Assembly: GCA_964016885.1 (NCBI GenBank)
Contig: OZ024744.1
Coordinates: 132,618,001 to 132,682,000 of the forward strand
DNA from: Eledone cirrhosa
Lineage: Eukaryota
Length of the DNA: 64,000 bases
Direction of reading: 5' to 3'
Position numbers and translations under genes: made by a program. Positions 10,213 to 21,700 of the stretch are shown here, piece after piece. The notes under the pieces are model-generated. The model was given only the letters and a program-made list of their open reading frames with translations, was not told the origin of the DNA and searched no databases. Numbering within the stretch: position 1 is the stretch's first letter; each line of letters opens with the position of its first letter.

Positions 10213-13200
10213 AGTCGGAGTTAAGTTAAGTTGGGGTTAAGTTAAGTTAGGCTTAACTTAAGTTGGGGTTAAGTTAAGTTGGGGGTAAGTTAAGTTGGGG
10301 GTAAGTTAAGTTGGGGTTAAGTTAAGTTGGGGTTAAGATAAGTGGTGGTTATGTTAAGTTGAGGTTAAGTTAAGTTAGGGTTAAATTAAGTTGGGGTTAA
10401 GTTAAGTTGGGTGTAAGTTAAGTTGGGGTTGAGTGAAGTTGGGGTTAAGTTAAGTTGGGGTTAAGTAGAGTTGGGGTTAAGTTAAGTTGGGGTTAAGTTA
10501 AGTTGGTGTTAAGTTGGGGTTAAGTTAAGTTGGGGTTAAGTTGGGGTTAAGTTAAGTGGTGGTTATGTTAAGTTGGGGTTAACTTAAGTTGGGGTTAATT
10601 TAAATTGGGGTTAAGTTAACTTTGTGGTTAAGTTAAGTTGGGGTTAAGTTAAGTTGGGGTTAAATTAAGTTGGGGTTGAGTGAAGTTGGGGTTAAGTTAA
10701 GTTGGGGTTAAGTTAAGTTGGGGTTAACTTAAGTTGGGTTTAAGTTAAGTTGCGGTTAAGTTAAGTTGGGGTTAAGTTAAGTTAGGGTTAAGTTAAGTCG
10801 GGGTTAATTTAAGTTGGGGTTGAGTTAAGTTGGGGTTAATTTAAGTTGAGGTTATGTTAAGTAGGGGTTAATTTAAGTTGGGGTTAAGTTAAGTTGGGGT
10901 TAAGTTAAGTTGGGGTTAATTTAAGTTGGGATTAAGTTCAGTTGGGGTTAAATTAAGTTGGGGTTAAGTTAAGCTGGGGTTAAATTAAGTTGGGGTTAAG
11001 TTAAGTTGGGGTTAAGTTAAGTTGGGGTTAAGTTAAGTTAGGGTTAATTTAAGTTGGGGTTATGTTAAGTTGGGGTTAAGTTAAGTTGGGGTTAAGTCGA
11101 GTTGGGGTTAAGTTAAGTTGGGGTTAGTTAAGTTGAGTTTAAGTTAAGTTGGGGTTAATTTAAGTTGGGGTTAAGTTAAGTTGGGGTTCAGTTAAGTTGG
11201 GGTTAAGTTAAGTTGGGGTTAAGTTAAGTTGGTTTAAGTTAAGTTGGGGTTAGGTTAAGTTGGGGATAAGTTAAGTTGGGGATAAGCTAAGTTGGGGTTA
11301 AGTTAAGTTGGGTTTAAGTTAAGTTGGGGTTAAGTTAAGTTAGGCTTAACTTAAGTTGGGGTTAAGTTAAGTTGGGGGTAAATTAAGTTGGGGGTAAGTT
11401 AAGTTGGGGTTAAGTTAAGTTGGGGTTAAGTTAAGTGGTGGTTATGTTAAGTTGGGGTTAAGTTAAGTTGGGGTTAAATTAAGTTGGGGTTAAGTTATGT
11501 TGGGTGTAAGTTAAGTTGGGGTTGAGTGAAGTTGGGGTTAAGTTAAGTTGGGGTTAAGTTAAGTTAGGGTTAATTTAAGTTGGGGTTATGTTAAGTTGGG
11601 GTTAAGTTAAGTTGGGGTTAAGTAGAGTTGTGGTTAAGTTAAGTTGGGGTTAAGTTAAGTTGGTGTTAAGTTGGGGTTAAGTTAAGTTGGGGTTAAGTTA
11701 AGTCGGGGTTAAGTTAAGTTGGGGTTGAGTTAAGTTGGGGTTAATTTAAGTTGAGGTTATGTTAAGTTGGGGTTAATTTAAGTTGGCGTTAATTTAAGTT
11801 GGGGTTAAGTTAAGTTGGGGTTAAGTTGAGGTTAAGTTAAGTTGTGGTTAAGTTAAGTTGGGGCTAAGTTAAGTTGGGGCTAAGTTAAGTTGGGGCTAAG
11901 TTAAGTTGGGGTTAAGTTAAGTTGGGGTTAAGTTAAGTTGGGTTTAATTTAATTTGGGGTCAACTTAAGTTGGGGTTAAGTTGAGTTGGGGTTAAATTAA
12001 GTTGGGGTTAATTTAAGTTGGGGCTAAGTTAAGTTGGGGCTGAGTTAAGTTGGGGTTAAGTTAAGTTGGGGTTAAGTTAAGTTGGGGTTAAGTTAATTTT
12101 GGGTTAAGTTAAGTTGTGGTTCAGTTAAGTTGGGGTTAAGTTAAGTTTGGGTTAATTTGGGGTTAAATTAAGTTGGGGTTAAGTTAAGTTGGGGTTAAGT
12201 TAAGTTGGGGTTAAGTTAAGTTGGGGTTAATTTAAGTTGGGGTTAAGTTAAGTCGGGGTTAAGTTAAGTCGGTGTTAAGTTAAGTTAGGGTTAAGTTAAG
12301 TTGGGGTTAAGTTAAGTTGGCTTTAAGTTAAGCTGGGGTTAAGTTAAGTTGGGGTTAAATTAAGTTGGGGTTAAGTTAAGTTGGGGTTAGGTTAAGTTTG
12401 GGTTAGGTTAAGTTGGGGTTAAATTAAGTTGGGGTTAAGTTAAGTTGGGGTTAGGTTAAGTTGGGGATAAGTTAAGTTGGGGATAATTTAAGTTGGGGTT
12501 AAGTTAAGTTGGGTTTAAGTTAAGCTGGGGTTAAGTTAAGTTGGGGTTAAATTAAGTTGGGGTTAAGTTAAGTTGGGGTTAAGTTAAGTTTGGGTTAGGT
12601 TAAGTTGGGGATTAGTTAAGTTGGGGATAAGTTAAGTTGGGGTTAAGTTAAGTTGGGTTTAAGTTAAGTTGTGGTTAAGTTAAGTTGGGGTTAAGTTAAG
12701 TTGGGGCTTAAGTTAAGTTGGGGTTAGGTTAAGTTGGGGATAAGTTAAGTTGGGGATAATTTAAGTTGGGGTTAAGTTAAGTTGGGTTTAAGTTAAGCTG
12801 GGGTTAAGTTAACTTGGGGTTAAATTAAGTTGGGGTTAAGTTAAGTTGGGGTTAAGTTAAGTTTGGGTTAGGTTAAGTTGGGGATTAGTTAAGTTGGGGA
12901 TAAGTTAAGTTGGGGTTAATTTAAGTTGGGTTTAAGTTAAGTTGTGGTTAAGTTAAGCTGGGGTTAAGTTAAGTTGGGGTTAAATTAAGTTGGGGTTAAT
13001 TTAAGTTGGGGTTAAGTTAAGTTGGGGTTCAGTTAAGTTGGGGATAAGTCAAGTTGGGGTTAAGTTAAGTTGGGGTTAAGTTAAGTTGGGGTTAGGTTAA
13101 GTTGGGGATAAGTTAAGTTGGGGATAAGCTAAGTTGGGGTTAAGTTAAGTTGGGTTTAAGTTAAGTTGGGGTTAAGTTAAGTTGGGGTTAAATTAAGTTG

Positions 13201-13269
13201 GAGATAAGTTAAGCTGGGGTTAAATTAAGTTGGGGTTAAGTTAAGTTGGGGTTAGGTTAAGTTGGGGTT

Positions 13270-13565
13270 AACCCCAACTTAACTTAACCCCAACTTAACT
13301 TAGCCCCAACTTCACTCAACCCCAACTTAACTTAACCCCAACTTCACTCAACCCCAACTTAACTCAACCCCAACTTAAGTTAACCCCAACTTAACTTAAC
13401 CCTAACTTAACTTAACCCCGACTTAACTTAACCCCGACTTAACTTAACCCCAACTTAACTTAACCCCAACTTAACTTAACCCCAACTTAACTTAATCCCA
13501 ACTTGACTTAACCCCAACTTAACGCACACCCAACTTAACTTACCCCCAACTTAACTTAACCCCAA
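13270..13565 (-). repeat. Internal inverted satellite B island 3
   Basis: Starts in GGGGTTAACCCC (13264-13275) and ends at variant pivot AAAATCGGAG (13564-13573). Confidence 0.93.
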
Positions 13566-16500
13566 AATCGGAGTTACGTTAAGTTGGGGTTAAGTTAAGT
13601 TAGGCTTAACTTAAGTTGGGCTTAAGTTAAGTTGGGGGTAAGTTAAGTTGGGGGTAAGTTAAGTTGGGGTTAATTTAAGTTGGGGTTAAGTTAAGTGGTG
13701 GTTATGTTAAGTTGGGGTTAAGTTAAGTTGGGGTTAAATTAAGTTGGGGTTAAGTTAAGTTGGGTGTAAGTTAAGTTGGGGTTGAGTGAAGTTGGGGTTA
13801 AGTTAAGTTGGGGTTAAGTAGAGTTGGGGTTAAGTTAAGTTGGGGTTAAGTTAAGTTGGTGTTAAGTTGGGGTTAAGTTAAGTTGGGGTTAAGTTGGGGT
13901 TAAGTTAAGTGGTGGTTATGTTAAGTTGGGGTTAACTTAAGTTGGGGTTAATTTAAATTGGGGTTAAGTTAACTTTGTGGTTAAGTTAAGTTGGGGTTAA
14001 GTTAAGTTGGGGTTAAGTTAAGTTGGGGTTGAGGGAAGTTGGGGTTAAGTTAAGTTGGGGTTAACTTAAGTTGGGTTTAAGTTAAGTTGCGGTTAAGTTA
14101 AGTTAGGGTTAAGTTAAGTTGGGGTTAAGTTAAGTCGGGGTTAAGTTAAGTTGGGGTTGAGTTAAGTTGGGGTTAATTTAAGTTGAGGTTATGTTAAGTT
14201 GGGGTTAATTTAAGTTGGGGTTAAGTTAAGTTGGGGTTAAGTTAAGTTGGGGTTAATTTAAGTTGGGGTTAAGTTCAGTTGGGGTTAATTTAAGTTGGGG
14301 TTAAGTTAAGTTGGGTTTAAGTTAAGTTGGGGTTAAATTAAGTTGGGGTTAAATTAAGTTGGGGTTAAGTTAAGTTGGGGTTAGGTTAAGTTGGGGATAA
14401 GTTAAGTTGGGGATAAGCTAAGTTGGGGTTAAGTTAAGTTGGGTTTAAGTTAAGTTGGGGTTAAGTTAAGTCGGGGTTATGTTAAGTCGGTGTTAAGTTA
14501 AGTTAGGGTTAAGTTAAGTTGGGGTTAAGTTAAGTTGGGGTTGAGTTAAGTTGGGGTTGAGTTAAATTGGGGTTGAGTTAAGTTGTGGTTAAGTTAAGTT
14601 GGGGTTAAGTTAAGTTAGGGTTAAGTTAAGTTGGGGTTAAGTTAAGTTGGGGCTGAGTTAAGTTGGGTGTAAGTTAAGTTGGGGTTGACTGAAGTTGGGG
14701 TTAAGTTAAGTTGGGGTTAAGTTAAGTTAGGGTTAATTTAAGTTGGGGTTATGTTAAGTTGGGGTTAAGTTAAGTTGGGGTTAAGTAGAGTTGGGGTTAA
14801 TTTAAGTTGGGGTTAAGTTAAGTTGGTGTTAAGTTGGGGGTAATTTAAGTGGTGGTTATGTTAAGTTGGGGTTAAGTTAAGTTGGGGTTAATTTAAATTG
14901 GGGTTAAGTTAACTTTGTGGTTAAGTTAAGTTGGAGTTAAGTTAAGTTGGAGTTAAGTTAAGTTGGGGTTGAGTGAAGTTGGGGTTAAGTTAAGTTGGGG
15001 TTAACTTAAGTTGGGTTTGAGTTAAGTTGCGGTTAAGTTAAGTTGGGGTTAAGTTAAGTTGGGGTTAAGTTAAGTCGGGGTTAATTTAAGTTGGGGTTAA
15101 GTTAAGTTGGGGTTAATTTAAGTTGGGGTTAAGTTAAGTTTAGGTTAAGTTAAGTTGGGGTTAAATTAAGTTGGGGTTAAGTTAAGTTGGGGTTAAGTTA
15201 AGTTGGGGTTAGGTTAAGTTGGGGATAAGTTAAGTTGGGGATAAGTTAAGTTGGGGTTAAGTTAAGTTGGGTTTAAGTTAAGTTGGGGTTAAGTTAAGTT
15301 GGGGTTTAATTAAGTTGGGGTTGAGTTAAGTTGGGGTTGACTTAAGTTGGGCTTAAGTTAAGTTGGGGTTAAGTTAAGATGTGGTTAAGTTAAGTTGGGG
15401 TTAAGTTAAGTTGAGGTTAAATTAAGTTGGGGTTAAGTTAAGTTGGGGGTAAGGTAAATTGCTGGTAAGTTAAGTTGGGGGTAAGTTAAGATGGGGCTAA
15501 GTTAAGTTGGGGTTAAGTTAATTTGGGGTTAAGTTAAGTTAGGGTTAAGTTAAGTTGGGGTTGACTTAAGTTGGGGTTAAGTTAAGTTGGGGTTATGTTA
15601 AGTTGGGTTTAAGTTAAGTTGGGGTTAAGTTAAGTTGGGGTTAAGTTAAGTTGGGGTTAAGTTAAGTTGGGGTTAAGTTAAGTTGGGATTAAGTTAAGTT
15701 GGGGTTAAGTTAAGTTGGGGTTAAATTAAGTTGGGGTTAAGTTAAGTTGGGGTTAATTTAAGTTGGGGTTAAGTTAAGTTGGGGTTGAGTTAAGTTGGGG
15801 GTAAGTTAAGTTGGGGTAAGTTAAGTTGGGTGTAAGTTAAGATGGGGTTAAGTTAAGTTGGAGTTAAGTTATTTTGGGGTTAAGTTAAGTTGGGAGTAAG
15901 TTAAGTTGGTGATAAGTTAAGTTGGGGGTAAGTTAAGTTGGGGTTAAGTTAAGTTGGGTTAAGTTGGGGTTAAGTTAAGTTAGGGTTAAGTTAAGTTGGG
16001 GTTGAGTTAAGTTGGGGTTAAGTTAAGAGGTGGTTATGTTCAGTTGGGGTTAAGTTAAGTTGGGGTTAAGTTAAGTTGGGGTTAAGTTAAGTTGGGGTTA
16101 AGATAAGTTGGGGTTAAGTTAAGTTGGGGTTGAGTTAAGTTGGGGTTGAGTTAATTTGGGGTTAAGTTAAGTTGGGGTTAACTTAATTTGGGTTTAATTT
16201 AAGTTGGGGTTAAGTTAAGTTGGGGTTAAATTAAGTTGGGATTAAGTTAAGTTGGGTGTACGTTAAGTTGGGGTTGACTGAAGTTGGGGTTAAGTTAAGT
16301 TGGGGTTAAGTAGAGTTGGGGTTAATTTAAGTTGGGGTTAAGTTAAGTTGGTGTTAAGTTGGGGTTAAGTTAAGTTGGGGTTAAGTTGGGGTTAAGTTAA
16401 GTGGTGGTTATGTTAAGTTGGGGTTAAGTTAAGTTGGGGTTAATTTAAATTGGGGTTAAGTTAACTTTGTGGTTAAGTTAAGTTGGAGTTAAGTTAAGTT

Positions 16501-18717
16501 GGGGTTAAGTTAAGTTGGGGTTGAGTGAAGTTGGGGTTAATTTAAGTTGGGGTGCAGTTAAGTTGGGGTTAAGTTAAGTTGGGGTTGAGTTAAGTTGGGG
16601 TTAATTTAAGTTGAGGTTATTTTAAGTTGGGGTTAAGTTAAGTTGGGGTTAAGTTAAGTTGGGGTTAAGTTAAGTTGGGGTTAAGTTAAGTTGGGGTTAA
16701 GTTAAGTTGGGTTTAAGTTAAGTTGGGGTTAAATTAAGTGGGGGTTAAATTAAAGTGGGGTTAAGTTAAGTTGGGGGTAAGTTAAGTTGGGGGCAAGTTA
16801 AGTTGGTGTTAAGTTAAGTTGGGGTTAAGTTAAGTTGGGGTTAAGTTAAGTTGGGTTAAATTAAGTTGGGACTAAGTTAAGTTAGGGCTAAGTTCAGTTG
16901 GGGTAAAGTTAAGTTGGGGCTAAGTTAAGTTGGGTATAAGTTGAGTTGGGGTTAAGTTAAGTTGGGGTTAAGTTAAGTTGGGGTTAAATTAAGTTGGGGT
17001 TAATTAAGTTGGGGTTAAGTTAAGTTGGGGTTAAGTTAAGTTGGGGTTAATTTAAGTTGGGGTTGTGTTAATTTGGGGTTAAGTTAAGTTGGGGTTATAT
17101 TAAGTTGGGTTTAAGTTAAGTTGGGGTTAAGTTAAGTTGGGGTTAAGTTAAGTTAGGGTTAATTTAAGTTGGGGTTATGTTAAGTTGGGGTTAAGTTAAG
17201 TTGGGGTTAAGTAGAGTTGGGGTTAATTTAAGTTGGGGTTAAGTTAAGTTGGTGTTAAGTTGGGGTTAAGTTAAGTTGGGGTTAAGTTGGGGTTAAGTTG
17301 AGTGGTGGCTATGTTAAGTTGGGGTTAAGTTAAGTTGGGGTTAATTTAAATTGGGGCTAAGTTAACTTTGTGGTTAAGTTAAGTTGGAGTTAAGTTGGGG
17401 TTAAGTTAAGTTGGGGTTGAGTGAAGTTGGGGTTAAGTTAAGTTGGGGTTAACTTAAGTTGGGGTTAAGTTAAGTTGGGGTTAAATTAAGTTGGGGTTAA
17501 ATTAAGGTGGGGTTAAGTTAAGTTGGGGGTAAGTTAAGTTGGGGGCAAGTTAAGTTGGTGTTAAGTTAAGTTGGGGTTAAGTTAAGTTGGGGTTAAGTTA
17601 AGTTGGGTTTAAGTTAAGTTGGGACTAAGTTAAGTTAGGGCTAAGTTAAGTTGGGGTTAAGTTAAGTTGGGGCTAAGTTAAGTTGGGTCTAAGTTGAGTG
17701 GTGGTTATGTTAAGTTGGGGTTAAGTTAAGTTGGGGTTAATTTAAATTGGGGTTAAGTTAAGTTGGGGTTAAGTTAAGTTGGGGTTAAATTAAGTTGGGG
17801 TTAATTAAGTTGTGGTTAAGTTAAGTTGGGGTTAAGTTAAGTTGGGGTTAATTTAAGTTGGGGTTGTGTTAAGTTGGGGTTAAGTTAAGTTGGGGATAAG
17901 TTAAGTTGGGGTTAAGTTAAGTTGGGGGTAAGTTAAGTTGGTGGTAAGTTAAGTTGGGGTTAAGTTAAGTTGGGGTTAATTTAAATTGGGGTTAATTTAA
18001 CTTTGTGGTTAAGTTAAGTTGGGGTTTATTTAAGTTGGGTTTAAGTTAAGTTGGGGTTGAGTTAAGTTGGGGTTGAGTGAAGTTGGGGTTAAGTTAAGTC
18101 GGGGTTAATTTAAGTTGGGGTTGAGTTAAGTCGGGGCTAATTTAAGTTGGGGCTAAGTTAATTTGTGGTTAAGTTAAGTTGGGGTTAAGTTAAGTTGGGG
18201 TTAAGTTAAGTTGGGGGTAAGTTAAGTTGGGGGCAAGATAAGTTGGGGTTAAGTTAAGTTGCGGTTAAGTTAAGTTGGGGTTAAGTTAAGTTGGGTTTAA
18301 GTTAAGTTGGGGTTCAGTTAAGTTGGGGTTAATTTAAGTTGGGGTTAAGTTAAGTTGGGGTTGAGTTAAGTTGGGGTTTAATTAAGTTGGGGTTGAGTTA
18401 AGTTGGGGTTGAGTTAAGTGGGGGTTGAGTTAAGTTGGGGTTAAGCTAAGTTGGGGTTAAGTTAAATTGAGGTTAAGTTAACTTGGGTTTGAGTTAAGTT
18501 GGGGTTAAGTTAAGTTGGTGTTAAGTTCAGTTCAGGTTAAGTTAACTTGGGGTTAAGTTAAGTTGGGGTTGAGTTAAGTTGGGGTTGAGTTAAGTTGGGG
18601 TTAAGTTAAGTTGGGGTTAACTTAAGTTGGGGTTAAGTTAAGTTGGGGTTAATTTAAGTTGGGGTTCAGTTAAATTGAGGTTAAGATAACTTGGGTTTGC
18701 GTTAAGATGGGGTTAAG

Positions 18718-21700
18718 TTAGGTTTTTCGAAAACCTTATATAATCATTTTTATTTAGGTTCTTCGAAACACCTTATATAATCAATTTTTTTAGGTTTTTC
18801 GAAAAACCTTATATAATCAATTTTTTAATACTTTTAGAAATATTTATATATGATTTCAAATATTGATTTTATTAGGTTTTTGGAATAATCAATTTTTTTT
18901 ACGTTTTTCGAAAAATGTTATATAATCAATTTTTTTTAGGTTTTTCGAATCAATTCAATTTTTATAATCAAATATTTTTAGGTTTTTAGAAAAACCTTAT
19001 ATAATCAAATTTTTTTAGGTTTTTCGAAAAACCTTATATAATTAATTTTTTTATACTTTTAGAAATATTTATATCTGATTTCAAATATTGGATTTTTTAG
19101 GTTTTTCGATAATCAATTTTTTTTAGATTTTTCGAAAAATCTTATATAATCAATTTTTTTACGTTTTTAGAAAGACCTTATATAATCAATTTTTTCATAC
19201 TTTTAGAAATATTTATATCTGATTTCAAATATTGATTTTTTTTTTAGGTTTTTCGAAATACCTTATATAATCAATTTTTTTTAGGTTTTTCAAATTACTT
19301 TATATAATCAATTTTTTTTATCTGATTTCAAATATTGATTTTTTTAGCTTTTTCGACAAAATCTTATATAATCAATTTTTTTTAGGTTTTTCGAAAAAGA
19401 ATGAATTTGAGTTCATAGTCGAAATATATACTTCTGCATTAATCTTTTTACGTTTTTTTGATTTTTTTTAAAAAAACGTAAAAAATTAATGCTTTTACAA
19501 ATCTTTTGAAATATTTACTTTCTAGTTTCAAATTTTGCAGATTAAATTTTTCTCGAAAAACCTAAAAAATCAGTTGTCGAAATCAGAAGTTAATATTTCG
19601 AAAAACGCAATTTGAAAAACTCATATTAATTTTTTTTCGAAAACATTATATAATCAATTTTTTAGAAATATTTATATCTGATTTCAAATATTGATTTTTT
19701 TAGGTTTTTCGAAAACCCTATATAATCAATTTTTTTGTACTTTTAGAAATATCTATATCTGATTTCATGTATTGATTTTTTTATATTTTTCGAAAAATCT
19801 TATATAATCAATTTTTTTACGTTTTTAAAAAAACCTTATATAATCAATTTTTTTTAGGTTTTTCGAAAAACCTTATATAATCAATTTTTTTATGTTTTTT
19901 CGAAAAATCTTATATAATCAATTTTTTTACGTTTTTAGAAATATTTATATCTGATTTCAAATATTGATTTTTTTTAGATTTTTCGAAATACCTTATATAA
20001 TCAATTTTTTTTAGGTTTTTCAAATTACCTTATATAATCAATTTTTTTTATCTGATTTCAAATATTGATTTTTTTAGCTTTTTCGACAAAATCTTATATA
20101 ATCAATTTTTTTTAGGTTTTTCGAAAAAGAATGAATTTGAGTTCATAGTCGAAATATATACTTCTGCATTAATCTTTTTACGTTTTTTTGATTTTTTTTA
20201 AAAAAACGTAAAAAATTAATGCTTTTACAAATCTTTTGAAATATTCACTTTCTAGTTTCAAATTTTGCAGATTAAATTTTTCTCGAAAAACCTAAAAAAT
20301 CAGTTGTCGAAATCAGAAGTTAATATTTCGTAAAACGCAATTTGAAAAACTCATTAATTTTTTTTCGAAAACTTATTATATAATCAATTTTTTTATACTT
20401 TTAGAAATATTTATATCTGATTTCAAATATTGATTTTTTTAGGTTTTTCGAAAACCCTATATAATCAATTTTTTTGTACTTTTAGAAATATCTATATCTG
20501 ATTTCATGTATTGATTTTTTTATATTTTTCGAAAAAGCTTAGATAATCAATTTTTTTAGGTCTTTCGAAAACATTATATAATCAATTTTTTTTTAGGTTT
20601 TTCGAAAAAACCTTATATAATCAATTTTTTTTAGGTTTTTCAAATATTGATTTTTTTAGCTTTTTCGACAAAATCTTATATAATCAATTTTTTTTAGGTT
20701 TTTCGAAAAAGAATGAATTTGAGTTCATAGTCGAAATATATACTTCTGCATTAATCTTTTTACGTTTTTTTGATTTTTTTAAAAAAACGTAAAAAATTAA
20801 TGCTTTTACAAATCTTTTGAAATATTTACTTTCTAGTTTCAAATTTTGCAGATTAAATTTTTCTCGAAAAACCTAAAAAATCAGTTGTCGAAATCAGAAG
20901 TTAATATTTCGAAAAACGCAATTTGAAAAACTCATATTAATTTTTTTTCGAAAACATTATATAATCAATTTTTTAGAAATATTTATATCTGATTTCAAAT
21001 ATTGATTTTTTTAGGTTTTTCGAAAACCCTATATAATCAATTTTTTTGTACTTTTAGAAATATCTATATCTGATTTCATGTATTGATTTTTTTATATTTT
21101 TCGAAAAATCTTATATAATCAATTTTTTTACGTTTTTAGAAAAACCTTATATAATCAATTTTTTTTAGGTTTTTCGAAAAACCTTATATAATCAATTTTT
21201 TTATGTTTTTTCGAAAAATCTTATATAATCAATTTTTTTACGTTTTTAGAAATATTTATATCTGATTTCAAATATTGATTTTTTTTAGATTTTTCGAAAT
21301 ACCTTATATAATCAATTTTTTTTAGGTTTTTCAAATTACCTTATATAATCAATTTTTTTTATCAGATTTCAAATATTGATTTTTTTAGCTTTTTCGACAA
21401 AATCTTATATAATCAATTTTTTTTAGGTTTTTCGAAAAAGAATGAATTTGAGTTCATAGTCGAAATATATACTTCTGCATTAATCTTTTTACGTTTTTTT
21501 GATTTTTTTTAAAAAAACGTAAAAAATTAATGCTTTTACAAATCTTTTGAAATATTTACTTTCTAGTTTCAAATTTTGCAGATTAAATTTTTCTCGAAAA
21601 ACCTAAAAAATCAGTTGTCGAAATCAGAAGTTAATATTTCGAAAAACGCAATTTGAAAAACTCATATTAATTTTTTTTCGAAAACATTATATAATCAATT

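Larger units (their letters stand above)
6758..18717 (+). repeat. Satellite B block B1, long type (~12 kb), with four inverted islands
   Basis: Continuous 16-bp TTAAGTTAAGTTGGGG periodicity with point variants and occasional 11-mers (TTAAGTTGGGG). C-rich islands at 6758, 8944, 9948 and 13270. Confidence 0.96.

Noticed and set aside
6758-18717. A true telomerase-made terminal tract
   Set aside because: Blocks are internal, degenerate, contain inversions and are copied with identical variant order; only a telomere-like origin is proposed.
6935-18717. TTAA sites as piggyBac target-site duplications
   Set aside because: TTAA is part of the monomer; no terminal inverted repeats or transposase are present.
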